Of a stretch of DNA of 30,130 nucleotides, positions 16,325 through 26,207 are shown in pieces. The number at the start of each line of letters is the position of its first letter. Within the stretch, counting starts at the first letter, position 1. A program made the position numbers and the translations under genes. The DNA comes from a virus (Duplodnaviria; Heunggongvirae; Uroviricota; Caudoviricetes), in IMG/VR virus record IMGVR_UViG_2778261177_000009, positions 1 through 30,130 of that record. One strand, 5' to 3'. The notes beneath the pieces are model-generated. The model saw nothing but the letters and a program-made list of their open reading frames with translations, did no database searches and was not told the origin of the DNA.

Positions 16325-16864
16325 TTATCGACCGGTTGGAGTGCCAACAGCAGCAGAAATCGGCGCAGCCTTCTGAGAGAACGGGCTCCACGTTCCGCCG
16401 CCCATCTGGTATGCACCGTATGCTTTTAGTGGTGCCGTTAACAAAGTACTGGTCATCGATGATTTAGCAGCCGACTGAGCAGCAGCCCCCTGTGCCTGAG
16501 CATTCATTCCCTGAACCTGATACCCATATGCCTCACGCTGAGCATTATTCACTGTCGTTAACGCATCAAGAGTGCCGAACTGAGCATTATCCGCAAAAAC
16601 GTCAAGAGCTGTTCCGCTACTTAATTCCGCACCGGTAGCCCCCATAGTGGCCGCCGCAGTGCCTGAGCGTTGACGCATTTCACGACGACGCTGATCCGCT
16701 TCAATATTCCCACGATTGATTGAATCCTGTGCCTGAGCTTCAGCAATTTCAGCATTCCGATCAGCTATGGCTGACTGGTATTTTGCCTGCTTGCTCTGGC
16801 TGTACATTGACGCGGCTGTGGATGCCACTGTGACGGCAACCAAAGCGATGGCTGGGTTACACAT
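16325..16864 (-). CDS. internal virion protein (Ala/Gln-rich)
   Basis: 179 aa, low-complexity Ala/Gln-rich; tightly packed in the structural operon. Confidence 0.5.
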   Translation of the reverse strand: MCNPAIALVAVTVASTAASMYSQSKQAKYQSAIADRNAEIAEAQAQDSINRGNIEADQRRREMRQRSGTAAATMGATGAELSSGTALDVFADNAQFGTLDALTTVNNAQREAYGYQVQGMNAQAQGAAAQSAAKSSMTSTLLTAPLKAYGAYQMGGGTWSPFSQKAAPISAAVGTPTGR

Positions 16865-17328
16865 TATTTTCTCTCCATGTGAAATCTGTGGAAATTAAGA
16901 CCAAGAGCACCATAAGGCGCGGCTTCTTCAAGCCTGAATCCAAGCCAGTGCAGCCATGCTTTGGCAACATGGTTTCGCTCGTCGACGTAGTTTTCCAGAC
17001 GCGGATAAACTGCCAGCATCTGCTGCAATACAGGTCGGCAGTGGCGAAGAAATGTCTTCTGATATTTTTCAATACGGCTGGTTCCGACCAGCCAGGGTGT
17101 ACCATTGCCACCGATCATTGACGCCGGAGATACACCAAACATGGTTACCAGTTCTCCGTTCGCGAACCCTGACCAAGCCATAGTCGCAGTGCGAAGACCA
17201 ACACGCAGCGCATCTTCGGTAGTCATCAGCGATACCGCATACAGTTCGTCAATATCAGCCTGACGAACATCCGGCAAAATCATCTGAAGATGCTCTTCGG
17301 TGGCGGGAATAATTCGAACATCGATCAT
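16864..17328 (-). CDS. virion structural/assembly protein
   Basis: 154 aa; start and stop overlap the neighbouring genes. Confidence 0.5.
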   Translation of the reverse strand: MIDVRIIPATEEHLQMILPDVRQADIDELYAVSLMTTEDALRVGLRTATMAWSGFANGELVTMFGVSPASMIGGNGTPWLVGTSRIEKYQKTFLRHCRPVLQQMLAVYPRLENYVDERNHVAKAWLHWLGFRLEEAAPYGALGLNFHRFHMERK

Positions 17329-19799
17329 CAGAATCCCCCAACAGTAAGACGAGGAATAACGGCAAGAACAGACAGCGGCAACGGGTCAAGCTGACGGATT
17401 CTTACACGTCCGTTTTTGCCCCAGTTACTGTCCAGTTTCACTTCTACTTTTCCGGTAGCGTCATCAACAGGATCATCGTAGAACTCGAATTCACGCTGTG
17501 GATATTCGTACCATTTACCGCCGGGCGTAGTCGCCCAGATGCCGCGACTGGCATTCACAACCAGAGTAACGGACGGGATCACCTGTTTTTTGTCCAGCAG
17601 CGTTTCCTGTCCGTTAATGTTGATATCCAGTGTTTCGAATTCAGCAGTTATTGGCAGGCCGATGTGCACAACAGCCCCAGGTGATTCCAGCGTGACGGCA
17701 CCTCCGGAAACCACTTTCTGTGGTTCCACGTTCGCATCAGAGAGAATGTTTACGGTCTGGCCTTCAAGATGAGACAGGCCTCCAAATGTCCGGCGCGCCA
17801 TCTGCCAGTTCGTGGTAGCCACATTCCTGAGGGATGGCGGGACGTTCCTGTTAGCACGAACCACTACAGCGGTATTGCTGGTTACAGAAATGATGTCGCA
17901 ACGTAATTCTTTTGACACTTCATCGCCAGTATCAGGATCAGTTCCGGTATAAGGGAACTGTAGTTGAGCACCGACATCACTACTGGTGAAGTACGCACCA
18001 CCAGAAACACTGATTGTATATTCCGCGCGGTAATCCCATTCGCCAGAACCACTAGTGATGATCATCGTTCTGTCAGACGTATTTCTTCCATCATAGCTAA
18101 GGCCAGAATCAACAAAGAAAGCATCTTCATCGCTGGTAAATAAACGGCTGGACAGTCGCTCGATGTATCTCACTGTTTGCCCGTTAACAGTTCGGTTAAC
18201 GACGAAATACACCGCATCTTCATTGCCTTCGCTGATACTGCATGTGCTTTCATATTTTCCGGTACTGGATTGTGGTGCCCATGCAAAAACCTGCTGATCA
18301 CGCAAATAGGTCATCACCAGTAATTTACCGTCATCACGAATGCAGAAGGCGCTGGAGTAAGGGACAATAGAGAAGCACCAGTCAACAATGCTGTGCTTCT
18401 GAAAAAGATGATTGGCAAGGATGGTCAGGTCGTTCCCCTGATAGCCGTCAACATCGAATGAGTAGGCCAGATCACGGACAACACTGCCTTTCTCCTGGAC
18501 GAACAGGGCAATATTCGCCACGGCAATTGGTGGGACATTGCTCGAGCCATTTGATCCCTGAGAGCTGAATGCAAATGATGATGGGGTTAACACTTTGTTC
18601 TGGTCGCCAGTGATGACGTACTCACCTCCGGAAGTCAGCGCTACCAGCGAACCAACATCAATCAGGTGGCGGATCTCATTAACCTGACGCCCGGCATAGG
18701 TGTAGATAATTCTGTCGTCATCCTGCGTAGGATTGCTTTTGCCAAAATCCTTATAATCCCCAGTACGGCTGGCCCAGATAGTCTGAGGGAACGCAGTCGA
18801 TGCGGCGAAGTAAAGACGTTGTTGATAATAAACAACAGTGCCAGGATAACCATTAACACTGTTCCAGGTATATTTAGCCCATTTATAGCTGGCATTATCC
18901 TCGCCAACGACCTGCGAAGGGATATAGGAAATCACCTCAGCAGTTGCAGTAGTGCCATTTGCAGCAGTGATACGGGCAATGCCAAAACCACTGTGCAGAT
19001 ACTCCCACTCAATGCCAGTATCATCATCACCGGATCCGCCCCAGCCATCCCATGATGTGCCTTCTGTATGCGAAGGGCGCAAAGTGCCTGTTTTGCCTGC
19101 TGTAACGGCGCGATAGTAGTTACTGTCTGCACGGCGAATATCGCCAATCGACGTACTCTTACTGGTTTCCCATACCGGCACTGAATCCACTGCAGGCTGT
19201 TCCAGATAGAATAATTTGCCTACCTGCTCCGCGCCAAAAATAGAGGCGCTTGCCGTTAACGTAATTGTCCCGGTGCTGGCGCTGGCATAAACCGTCACTG
19301 ACTCGTCAATATTGATATCTTCAAATGGCCCGTTCTTCGTTACCACATCAACCAGTTGCCAGTTGTCATGCGCGTAGCGGCGCAACTCTTTCGGCGGGTA
19401 TGCCGGGTGAACCAGCGTAAGCACGTCGGCGCTTTGCGTGAATTTAATTCGGAACAGATCGGCTTCAGTATATGGCGTGGCAATTTCATAAATAACATTG
19501 CTGCTGTTCAGCACCAACGCACCATCTTTGATAACGCGCATGTACTGGTGTCCGAACTCCAGTGCATAAGTCTGAACCGTCGAGAACTGGAACGGGATCA
19601 GACGGCATTTCCGATTTGGGTATTTGGCGGCACCGACAAAACGCGTACCAGGTCGATTCTCAACGCCGCCATACTGCCGCACGATAAAGTTATCGCACTT
19701 GCGCAATGCCACCTGGTACTTCGCCATGTCAATACGCCCGTACAACGACGGTCCAATCTCACCACCGGCAAAGCTGGGCTGGATCCAACTGATAGCCAT
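17328..19799 (-). CDS. large tail/tube or hub structural protein
   Basis: 823 aa immediately after the head-completion genes; assignment by size and position. Confidence 0.55.
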   Translation of the reverse strand: MAISWIQPSFAGGEIGPSLYGRIDMAKYQVALRKCDNFIVRQYGGVENRPGTRFVGAAKYPNRKCRLIPFQFSTVQTYALEFGHQYMRVIKDGALVLNSSNVIYEIATPYTEADLFRIKFTQSADVLTLVHPAYPPKELRRYAHDNWQLVDVVTKNGPFEDINIDESVTVYASASTGTITLTASASIFGAEQVGKLFYLEQPAVDSVPVWETSKSTSIGDIRRADSNYYRAVTAGKTGTLRPSHTEGTSWDGWGGSGDDDTGIEWEYLHSGFGIARITAANGTTATAEVISYIPSQVVGEDNASYKWAKYTWNSVNGYPGTVVYYQQRLYFAASTAFPQTIWASRTGDYKDFGKSNPTQDDDRIIYTYAGRQVNEIRHLIDVGSLVALTSGGEYVITGDQNKVLTPSSFAFSSQGSNGSSNVPPIAVANIALFVQEKGSVVRDLAYSFDVDGYQGNDLTILANHLFQKHSIVDWCFSIVPYSSAFCIRDDGKLLVMTYLRDQQVFAWAPQSSTGKYESTCSISEGNEDAVYFVVNRTVNGQTVRYIERLSSRLFTSDEDAFFVDSGLSYDGRNTSDRTMIITSGSGEWDYRAEYTISVSGGAYFTSSDVGAQLQFPYTGTDPDTGDEVSKELRCDIISVTSNTAVVVRANRNVPPSLRNVATTNWQMARRTFGGLSHLEGQTVNILSDANVEPQKVVSGGAVTLESPGAVVHIGLPITAEFETLDININGQETLLDKKQVIPSVTLVVNASRGIWATTPGGKWYEYPQREFEFYDDPVDDATGKVEVKLDSNWGKNGRVRIRQLDPLPLSVLAVIPRLTVGGF

Positions 19800-20407
19800 C
19801 AGGACAACCTCGCAATGGTAAACTCATCAACCGGTGGCTGTGGTTCCTGTGATTCATTCTGGCTATGCGAGCCAGCACTAAGAATCACGCGATTGTACAT
19901 ATTGAGGGCAAACGTACCGAGGTCTGCATTCCCAGTCAGCGCCATGTTAATAGCTGCCGCAAGACGCCAGGCCAACGCCTCCATAAAAATGGCATCAAAC
20001 ATGTTCACATCTGTAACGCGAGAGACATACTTGAGCCATGCCTGAGGCTGGTCTGTGTAGATCAACTTTCCTGTTCCGTTGGTGTCTGCACCAACTTCGT
20101 ACTGAACGCGCATTGATGCTGTTGGATTGCGTACACCAGGAAGCATAATTTCAGTAATGCGCAGACAATCTGACGGGTACTGGTACGCATATTCCCAGTC
20201 AGGTGGTGGATTGCTCGTATCTGCAAGCGCCACGCGTTTGGTAGCAAAGTTCCAGTCAAAATCAGAAAGCACAGCATCACGGCAGGCCTCAAAGTGCAGC
20301 GAACATTCCCCCGCTTCCTTGCTGGCTTCCGTCAGGCTGTTAATGCTGCGGCTGTTGCCAATATTGGACAGCGCACGATTGCAGATCTCTACTACAGAGG
20401 CCATCAC
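19799..20407 (-). CDS. head-tail adaptor / head completion protein (putative)
   Basis: 202 aa; overlapping start/stop with neighbours; position between capsid genes and the tail hub gene. Confidence 0.5.
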   Translation of the reverse strand: MMASVVEICNRALSNIGNSRSINSLTEASKEAGECSLHFEACRDAVLSDFDWNFATKRVALADTSNPPPDWEYAYQYPSDCLRITEIMLPGVRNPTASMRVQYEVGADTNGTGKLIYTDQPQAWLKYVSRVTDVNMFDAIFMEALAWRLAAAINMALTGNADLGTFALNMYNRVILSAGSHSQNESQEPQPPVDEFTIARLS

Positions 20408-20733
20408 TCACCTCCGTTACCGTACAGAGTTTCAGCCGCTGATTTTTCTACATCCCCGGAAACAGGAGCGATCGCCATATCAGTGATCTGCAGATCGGCG
20501 CTGCGATTAACGCCATCGTCAGTTTCTCTGGCAGACAGGCCTCGAATAACAGCCTTTGCAGTTATCATCACTTCTGTTCCGACGCCCTGAGGTTGCGCCT
20601 TCAGCTTATTCAATGTGTCGTTATTCAGCGTGATGCACAGCCCCCACGGGTATTCATCGCGAGTTCTGGTTTCTCCGCTCTCATCCTGGTAGCTGTCAGT
20701 GCCGGTTTTGAGGTTTACGAGTTCCATATACAC
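20404..20733 (-). CDS. small virion protein
   Basis: 109 aa in the structural operon; no further assignment possible. Confidence 0.45.
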   Translation of the reverse strand: MYMELVNLKTGTDSYQDESGETRTRDEYPWGLCITLNNDTLNKLKAQPQGVGTEVMITAKAVIRGLSARETDDGVNRSADLQITDMAIAPVSGDVEKSAAETLYGNGGE

Positions 20734-20777
20734 TCCTGCAATAAAGGGGCCGAAGCCCCTTGTCTCATCCGCGAGGC

Positions 20778-21122
20778 TTACACGCCCAGTTCTTTACGCT
20801 TATCTGCGATCTTCTCGCGGAGCGTTTCTGCTTTGGCGTTATGGTGTGGCTTCTCGTTAAAGAGCAATTCGTACTCTTCACGGAGCTTATCCAGTTCACC
20901 ATCATCTGACACATCGTTGATGATTTTGGTGCTGGTTGCTGCCATAGACACCTTTCCTGCTACCTTTGCTTTTGCCTGTCTGGCTGCATCGTTAACAGGT
21001 TCCAGTGCGCTACCAGGCTCACCTTCGTATTCGATTTCTGCCCCCTCCGGCCACAGAGTGTTATGGATATGAGAGAGGCGCAGAACGCGGTATCTTGGTT
21101 TCTCACCTGACATCGATATCAC
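20778..21122 (-). CDS. small head-associated protein
   Basis: 114 aa; adjacent to the capsid and putative decoration genes. Confidence 0.45.
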   Translation of the reverse strand: MISMSGEKPRYRVLRLSHIHNTLWPEGAEIEYEGEPGSALEPVNDAARQAKAKVAGKVSMAATSTKIINDVSDDGELDKLREEYELLFNEKPHHNAKAETLREKIADKRKELGV

Positions 21123-21123
21123 C

Positions 21124-21561
21124 TTAACCAGTTACTTTTGAGCGGATCGGATACGGCGTATTGGCATCAACATCAAGACTGATACCAGCAGTGAATTTGC
21201 CAGCCGTTAGTGGGCCAGTTGCGACGGAGTAGTTAACACGCAGATATCGCTGAACACCGGCAGGCACCTTTGCAGAAACAACTCGTTTACCTGCTGTCAG
21301 GGCGGTCTTTGCCAGTGCGCCACTATCATAAATAGTGGTCCATGAGCTGTTATCCTCACTCGTCTGCAACTGGATGTTTACAGTTGCATCACCGCTTGCC
21401 GCGGCGGCTGTGTTAACCTGCGCCCAAAACTCAAGCGGGTAACCCACGCCGATATCACGATGTTTTCCGTCAATTGGACCGAGATCGATTACGTCAGTAG
21501 AAGCCGCGGTATTCGTAACCGCCTGAGCTTCGGAGAACATCAACAGTTTGTCGGTGATCAT
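21124..21561 (-). CDS. capsid decoration / Ig-like head protein (putative)
   Basis: 145 aa, beta-rich composition; directly downstream of the major capsid gene. Confidence 0.5.
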   Translation of the reverse strand: MITDKLLMFSEAQAVTNTAASTDVIDLGPIDGKHRDIGVGYPLEFWAQVNTAAAASGDATVNIQLQTSEDNSSWTTIYDSGALAKTALTAGKRVVSAKVPAGVQRYLRVNYSVATGPLTAGKFTAGISLDVDANTPYPIRSKVTG

Positions 21562-21612
21562 CTTCTTTCTCCATTAGTGGGTCTGTTACGACCCACAGGT
21601 TAATAACAGGCG

Positions 21613-22605
21613 TTACACCACGCGGGCTTCTGTTTCCAGAAGCGCATCAGTTTCACGGATTGGTACACCACGGAATGAAGTCCACCACTCGCCTTCAGTC
21701 TCTTTTACGCTGATAGCCAGAGATGTTTTCTCCAGAGACTGCAGATCAAGAGCCTGGCCTACAGTGCGGTTCATGTAGAACACCGGGCGGCCCATGCCAC
21801 GGTTTGGAATGCGATGCAGTGCTTTAACCATCAACTTCGCAATATTTGCGGCAGAGGAAGGTTCTGAAAGATTGCTGACATCGATGTTTGCAATGCGAAC
21901 AACATAACGCCAGTCACGCAGAGCAAGTCCGTTGTCCCATTTGTAATGGGTGCGATAGCCTTCGTACTTGCCGCCATTAGCATCTTCCAGTGTCACCTGG
22001 CCTTTATCTTCCATCTGGATGCCAGCCTTCTGCCCTTTCGGGAAGATGCCATGCACGGTGTTTTCGCCCCACACCACTAACCAGATTGAGGTGTTATCTG
22101 TACCCGTGCCACCAGCATCAATGATGTTCTGAGCATTACCCGCAGACAGGCTGGAATAGCGGGAGGACAGTCCCATAAACTGCTGAGGGTTAACGCTGGA
22201 ATCACCATAAAACAGCGTCTGCGCCATCTGCTGATTCATCGCTTCAATAAATGCGCGGTCTTCAGACAGGCGGAATTCAGCGGTATTGCCGTTCAGATCA
22301 GCCAGTGATTTATCGACTTCAGCATAGGTTTCCAGCATGCCAACGGAATCGGTTACCTGCACTGTGGTTGATTTGCTTGGCTGTACTCCATAGTTCAGCA
22401 AACGCCAGGTAGCTGAAGGTAAACCAGAACGAATGGTGGTTCGGTGTCCGGTAGGAAGGTTCCCTTCGACAAAAGGCATATCCTGAAGGATCGGGTTAGT
22501 TTGACCGAGAAGCTCGATAATCTTATCGACTTTCCCGTTTGGATCGACGCGCTTACCCCAGTCAGCCAGCGTTAGCGCAGTTAAGCCTTTAACAGCCATT
22601 GTCAT
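21613..22605 (-). CDS. major capsid protein (HK97-fold type, putative)
   Basis: 330 aa; follows portal and scaffold-like genes in canonical head-module order. Confidence 0.65.
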   Translation of the reverse strand: MTMAVKGLTALTLADWGKRVDPNGKVDKIIELLGQTNPILQDMPFVEGNLPTGHRTTIRSGLPSATWRLLNYGVQPSKSTTVQVTDSVGMLETYAEVDKSLADLNGNTAEFRLSEDRAFIEAMNQQMAQTLFYGDSSVNPQQFMGLSSRYSSLSAGNAQNIIDAGGTGTDNTSIWLVVWGENTVHGIFPKGQKAGIQMEDKGQVTLEDANGGKYEGYRTHYKWDNGLALRDWRYVVRIANIDVSNLSEPSSAANIAKLMVKALHRIPNRGMGRPVFYMNRTVGQALDLQSLEKTSLAISVKETEGEWWTSFRGVPIRETDALLETEARVV

Positions 22606-22613
22606 TTCCTCTC

Positions 22614-23315
22614 TTATTTGCCATAGAGCACTTCGGCCGCACTACGCTGGCCTTCATTACCACCAGTGACCATGCCATCTTCAGACATCGCCTTTCCGAT
22701 TTTCACGAACGTTTTGACCAGGTCAGGGTGATTACCCAGTCCGGTGGTGTTCAGATATTCTTTGAGTTCAGGTGTCCCGAACTGGTCAAGCGCACGCTGT
22801 GCGGCGCTAAGGTTAGAAATCAACTTGTCGCCACCGATTTCTTTGTCAGCTTTTACATCCGCAGCCCACTGCTCGGTTGTTTTCTGCCAGGCTTCTGCCT
22901 GGCGCTGCTGAACACCTGCCAGAATCTTCGGATAAGCATCAACCAGCTTTTGCGCTTGCTCGTTGGTCAGGTTTAGTTCTCGCGCCACCGGCTCGAATTC
23001 CTTCAACGCTTCTGTATCCAGCTCTACGCCTTCGGCAGCCTGAAACTCGTACTTCTCAGGCGCACCCTCTGGTTTATCGCCGTCCTTTTTTTCATCCTGC
23101 TTATCGTTTTCAGGCTTTTTGTCAGCAGCAGGTTTATCGCCATCAGCAACAGGTTGTGGCTTATCACCTTCCTGTTGTGATGGATCACCAACTGGAGCAG
23201 GGTTATCACCTGCAGGCGCTGACGGTTCTGAAGCAGCCGGAGCTGCTCCACCATCGACTGGTTGCTCATTGCAAAGACGGCTATACAGCAAACGCTCAAA
23301 TAAATTCATGATCAC
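22614..23315 (-). CDS. scaffolding protein (putative)
   Basis: Acidic Pro/Asp/Lys-rich N-terminal half and helical C-terminal half; between portal and capsid. True start may be the Met of MNLFERLL two codons in. Confidence 0.5.
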   Translation of the reverse strand: MIMNLFERLLYSRLCNEQPVDGGAAPAASEPSAPAGDNPAPVGDPSQQEGDKPQPVADGDKPAADKKPENDKQDEKKDGDKPEGAPEKYEFQAAEGVELDTEALKEFEPVARELNLTNEQAQKLVDAYPKILAGVQQRQAEAWQKTTEQWAADVKADKEIGGDKLISNLSAAQRALDQFGTPELKEYLNTTGLGNHPDLVKTFVKIGKAMSEDGMVTGGNEGQRSAAEVLYGK

Positions 23316-23608
23316 TCCTGTTCACTGGCCTCTTTGGCCATCTTCAAATACTGTTCAGGGCAATGCGCCATAACGCGCTGAAACAGTTCCAGCGCCAGAT
23401 TGCGTTGCCCCTCATTAAATGCCATTGCCATAGCGTCCATCGGTGAGATAGCGGAAAACACACGGCCTTTCTCCAGCACCGACCAGACAACGCGACGCCC
23501 CTGTTCACTGCTCATGACAAAGCGAATGTCATCAATTTCACGCTGTGCCATGTCACGTTGCTTACGGGCGTTTTCTTCTTTCAGTTGATCGTCTTCGTAA
23601 TCTGTCAT
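23312..23608 (-). CDS. small head-assembly-associated protein
   Basis: 98 aa; overlaps the portal stop and scaffold start. Confidence 0.45.
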   Translation of the reverse strand: MTDYEDDQLKEENARKQRDMAQREIDDIRFVMSSEQGRRVVWSVLEKGRVFSAISPMDAMAMAFNEGQRNLALELFQRVMAHCPEQYLKMAKEASEQE

Positions 23609-25284
23609 TGTGATTGCCCACCCTGACCACTAACTGCATTCGCCATAGCTGACAAAACACTCGGATCCGAAGTTTTAGCTTCGCTTAGCGTCTTGGCCCC
23701 CTGTGCCGCCGCCATCCCCATCGCCATCATTTGTTGCTGCTGTTGCTGCTGTGCCCGTTGCTGGCGCGCCTGCTCAACCTGTTCCTGCGGAACAATGACG
23801 GTTGGAGACACTCCGGACATATCAGCGAATGCATCGATCGCCTGATCAACGTTGAGTTTGTCGAGAGCTTCTGGTTTCGCTTGCGCAAGTTGACCAATGA
23901 AGTTAACCGTGGACGCGAGACTGGACAGGCCGATAGACTTCTGCGCCTGAGCCATGACGGAAATGTATTCGACCTTCAGGGGCATACCTTCCATCGCGTC
24001 AGGCGGTGGTGGCAGCATGTTTTTACGCACCATCATCGAGAAAGCGCGGTCAATGAGAGGATTAAGACATTCGTCGTTCAGACGCTCCAGAACCGGCCCC
24101 AACATCAGAAGTTTTTCTTCTTTCATTTCGATCACTGCTTCAACAGGCATCGAGCGGGTATTGATGTTCTGCAACATCATGAACAGATCGACAAAGTAGG
24201 CGCTGTTAATGATTTGGCGAGTGTCCTGAATGTCTGCTACCAGATCTGCTGTACTGGGGTTAACCAGATAAGCAGGCCTGAAACCATCCTGACCAGTAAT
24301 CTGATCGATATACGTGATGTCGCCAGGAAGAAGGGAGGCGCGCTGATTCTTGAGGGAAGTCGGAGCAACCATCGGCGGATTGGTGGCTTTATCAATCAAC
24401 TGCGACTTGCGCTTCTGGAGAAGCTGCAATGCCTTAACAGGTCCAAGCGCCAGCATACCCGGGCATGATGAACCATAAACATCTTCGCCGTTAACTTCCC
24501 AGCGCGGAGCCATAATTGGAAACTCATCGAATCCGGACTCACGCAACAACTTGTCGTTATCGCCACCAACCTCGTAATAAACCGATTTGAATGGCTTGTT
24601 CTTGCTATCCAACTTCGATGTGTCGCGGTCAATGTTCGGGTAAACCGAATGCATCACTTCAACCCACTTCTCGTAGGTGCCGCTTTCCCACATGCTTTTT
24701 ACGGATTCGCTGACGTTATTTAGCCCGAACTCCTGAACAAGCTGACGAACAGTCATAGAGAACTTGCGAAAACAGGTGTCAACACTGCCACGAGGTGAGT
24801 TAGCCAGGTAGTAACTGCCTATCGGGAATGGCATTGTGCGAATGATGTCCTCATCATCCTCCAGTACCGCCATTGCACCGGTGCTGTATGTGCCGAGGCT
24901 TCCGTATAACTGCGGCAGCGACTGATAGAGATTCGACTTATTGAACATATCGTTCATGCGGTTCTGCACCGCCTCAAGCCACAACTTAACAGGGCCATAA
25001 TCCATCATTTCAGGATCTGGCGTAGCCAGGCGAAACCACGGACGCGCGGGGCTTGTGATGCCTGACATCATGCCGCTGGCGAGAGTGCGCGCCGCCATGG
25101 TCCCGGTCGAATCAATAATGCGTGTATTGCGCCGATCGTTACGGTTGGCCTCAGAAGTCAGAAAGCGGGAACCACGCGGGTTGATGTAATCACTCAACTC
25201 GCGCCAGTGCGGCTCGAACGACTGACGCTCGCTTTCAAGTTGTGCGAACTGTTTGTTCAATCGCTCTTTAGTTGTTTCCGCCAT
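23605..25284 (-). CDS. portal protein
   Basis: 559 aa; first large gene of the head module after the terminase genes; Gln/Ala-rich C-terminal tail. Confidence 0.7.
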   Translation of the reverse strand: MAETTKERLNKQFAQLESERQSFEPHWRELSDYINPRGSRFLTSEANRNDRRNTRIIDSTGTMAARTLASGMMSGITSPARPWFRLATPDPEMMDYGPVKLWLEAVQNRMNDMFNKSNLYQSLPQLYGSLGTYSTGAMAVLEDDEDIIRTMPFPIGSYYLANSPRGSVDTCFRKFSMTVRQLVQEFGLNNVSESVKSMWESGTYEKWVEVMHSVYPNIDRDTSKLDSKNKPFKSVYYEVGGDNDKLLRESGFDEFPIMAPRWEVNGEDVYGSSCPGMLALGPVKALQLLQKRKSQLIDKATNPPMVAPTSLKNQRASLLPGDITYIDQITGQDGFRPAYLVNPSTADLVADIQDTRQIINSAYFVDLFMMLQNINTRSMPVEAVIEMKEEKLLMLGPVLERLNDECLNPLIDRAFSMMVRKNMLPPPPDAMEGMPLKVEYISVMAQAQKSIGLSSLASTVNFIGQLAQAKPEALDKLNVDQAIDAFADMSGVSPTVIVPQEQVEQARQQRAQQQQQQQMMAMGMAAAQGAKTLSEAKTSDPSVLSAMANAVSGQGGQSQ

Positions 25285-25298
25285 TTCAATGACTCCGG

Positions 25299-25505
25299 TT
25301 ACTGACCAAGCAGCGTTTTACCGCTGGTATTAGCGGTTGATGTGTCGCCCTGAGAACCGGTAAGCAGCGTAGAACTACGACCAGCAGCAGCGCGACGGCG
25401 ACGTGTTTCTTCGTCGCGGGCATCAACAACGGCGGCATCCTGCTCCTGTGGTGCTGCCTGAACTTCTGGTGTTGCAGGCACTGATGGTGAGCTACCCATG
25501 CACAT
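25299..25505 (-). CDS. small Ala/Gln/Ser-rich protein preceding the portal
   Basis: GGAG RBS 8 nt upstream of the ATG; 68 aa, low complexity; stop is 15 nt from the portal start. Confidence 0.4.
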   Translation of the reverse strand: MCMGSSPSVPATPEVQAAPQEQDAAVVDARDEETRRRRAAAGRSSTLLTGSQGDTSTANTSGKTLLGQ

Positions 25506-25573
25506 ATCAATGACTCCGTACGCAATTAAATTATTACCAATTTAACCACATATGTTTTATTTATCGTAGGCAG

Positions 25574-25602
25574 TTGACATTTAACGCACGAATTATTACC
25601 TT
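25574..25602 (+). promoter_or_regulatory. sigma70-like promoter (TTGACA, 17-bp spacer, TACCTT) overlapping palindrome site D
   Basis: Perfect -35 hexamer TTGACA at 25574..25579; the TAnnnT hexamer TACCTT at 25597..25602 lies inside the palindrome; oriented toward the tRNA and the plus-strand ORF. Confidence 0.45.
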
Positions 25603-25611
25603 TAAGGTAAC
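25595..25611. promoter_or_regulatory. TTACC-N5-GGTAA palindrome, site D (ATTACCTTTAAGGTAAC)
   Basis: Same motif as sites A-C; lies between the portal-proximal gene (start 25505) and the tRNA island. Confidence 0.5.
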
Positions 25612-25932
25612 CAAAGAGCTCATTCCGGTTACTAACCTGACTGGCTTGTCGTTAAATTGAACAGGTGGAGTGAGCTTTTATTTTGAGCAGTACGGCGTAT
25701 GGCACATGCGCCGATAGCGGTCTGGATACGTTTAAGGGGCACCCTCCCTTGCTCGGGCAAACGAACCAGGTAGCCGGAATGTGCAAGTCGAGCGGTTTTA
25801 TTCCGCGCACGGGGATTCACCATCCCGGCGATTCGGTGTGACGCCTCGGAAGAGACGAGGGTACAACGATGAGAGCATTTATGGAGCCGCGACAAAGTGT
25901 GGTGCCTTAACAGGCTAAGTGCTCTCAGCGTT

Positions 25933-26009
25933 GTGGCATTAGCTCAGTCGGACAGAGCAACCGCCTTCTAAGCGGTTGGTCGCAGGTTCGAATCCTGCAT
26001 GCCACGCCA
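25933..26009 (+). tRNA. tRNA-Arg (anticodon UCU), phage-borne
   Basis: Hand-folded cloverleaf: acceptor GTGGCAT/ATGCCAC, D-stem GCTC/GAGC, anticodon stem ACCGC/GCGGT with loop CTTCTAA, T-arm GCAGG-TTCGAAT-CCTGC, discriminator G and encoded CCA. T-arm matches E. coli argU as recalled. Confidence 0.85.
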
Positions 26010-26052
26010 GAATCACGCCTAAGGACCGTGATGCCAGAAGTTCCAGGTGCTT

Positions 26053-26094
26053 GGCGGTGATGGTTTCCCTTGAAGAACTATCACCGCCCTTTTT
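26053..26094 (+). terminator. hairpin terminator downstream of the tRNA
   Basis: 9-bp stem GGCGGTGAT / ATCACCGCC with 18-nt loop followed by CTTTTT. Confidence 0.45.
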
Positions 26095-26172
26095 ACAGCA
26101 GGACGCCATTGCGATGACTTCATGCTGTAAACCAGTACAGCCACGGAAGGCATAACTCATTGCTTCCAGTTC

Positions 26173-26196
26173 GCCCGGTTCGCCGGGCATTTTTTT
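26173..26196 (+). terminator. strong intrinsic terminator 12 nt upstream of the ORF at 26208
   Basis: Stem GCCCGG / CCGGGC with loop TTCG followed by ATTTTTTT, ending just before the RBS AAGGTGAG. Confidence 0.55.
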
Positions 26197-26207
26197 AAGG
26201 TGAGATT

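Noticed and set aside
19356-20045. 229-codon plus-strand ORF, and similar plus-strand ORFs at 10079..10501, 15641..16123, 20593..21072, 23731..24468 and 27391..27897
   Set aside because: All lie antisense within long, tightly packed minus-strand structural genes; they lack RBSs and have Ser/Arg/Cys-rich composition typical of antisense frames.
17328-25284. P22-like or lambda-like identity of the structural module
   Set aside because: Portal (559 aa) and capsid (330 aa) sizes, three very large internal proteins, and lysis genes placed after the tailspike do not fit P22 or lambda gene order; an epsilon15/phiV10-type podovirus fits better but rests on recall alone.
25780-25795. TGCAAGTCGAGCGG, resembling the 5' region of 16S rRNA
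   Set aside because: A 14-nt match with no flanking rRNA-like sequence; coincidental.
25632-25895. 87-codon minus-strand ORF in the tRNA leader
   Set aside because: No RBS and Arg-rich low-complexity translation of a GC-rich structured region.
25939-26190. 83-codon minus-strand ORF
   Set aside because: It lies antisense across the tRNA-Arg gene and its terminator, with no RBS; artefact of the six-frame translation.
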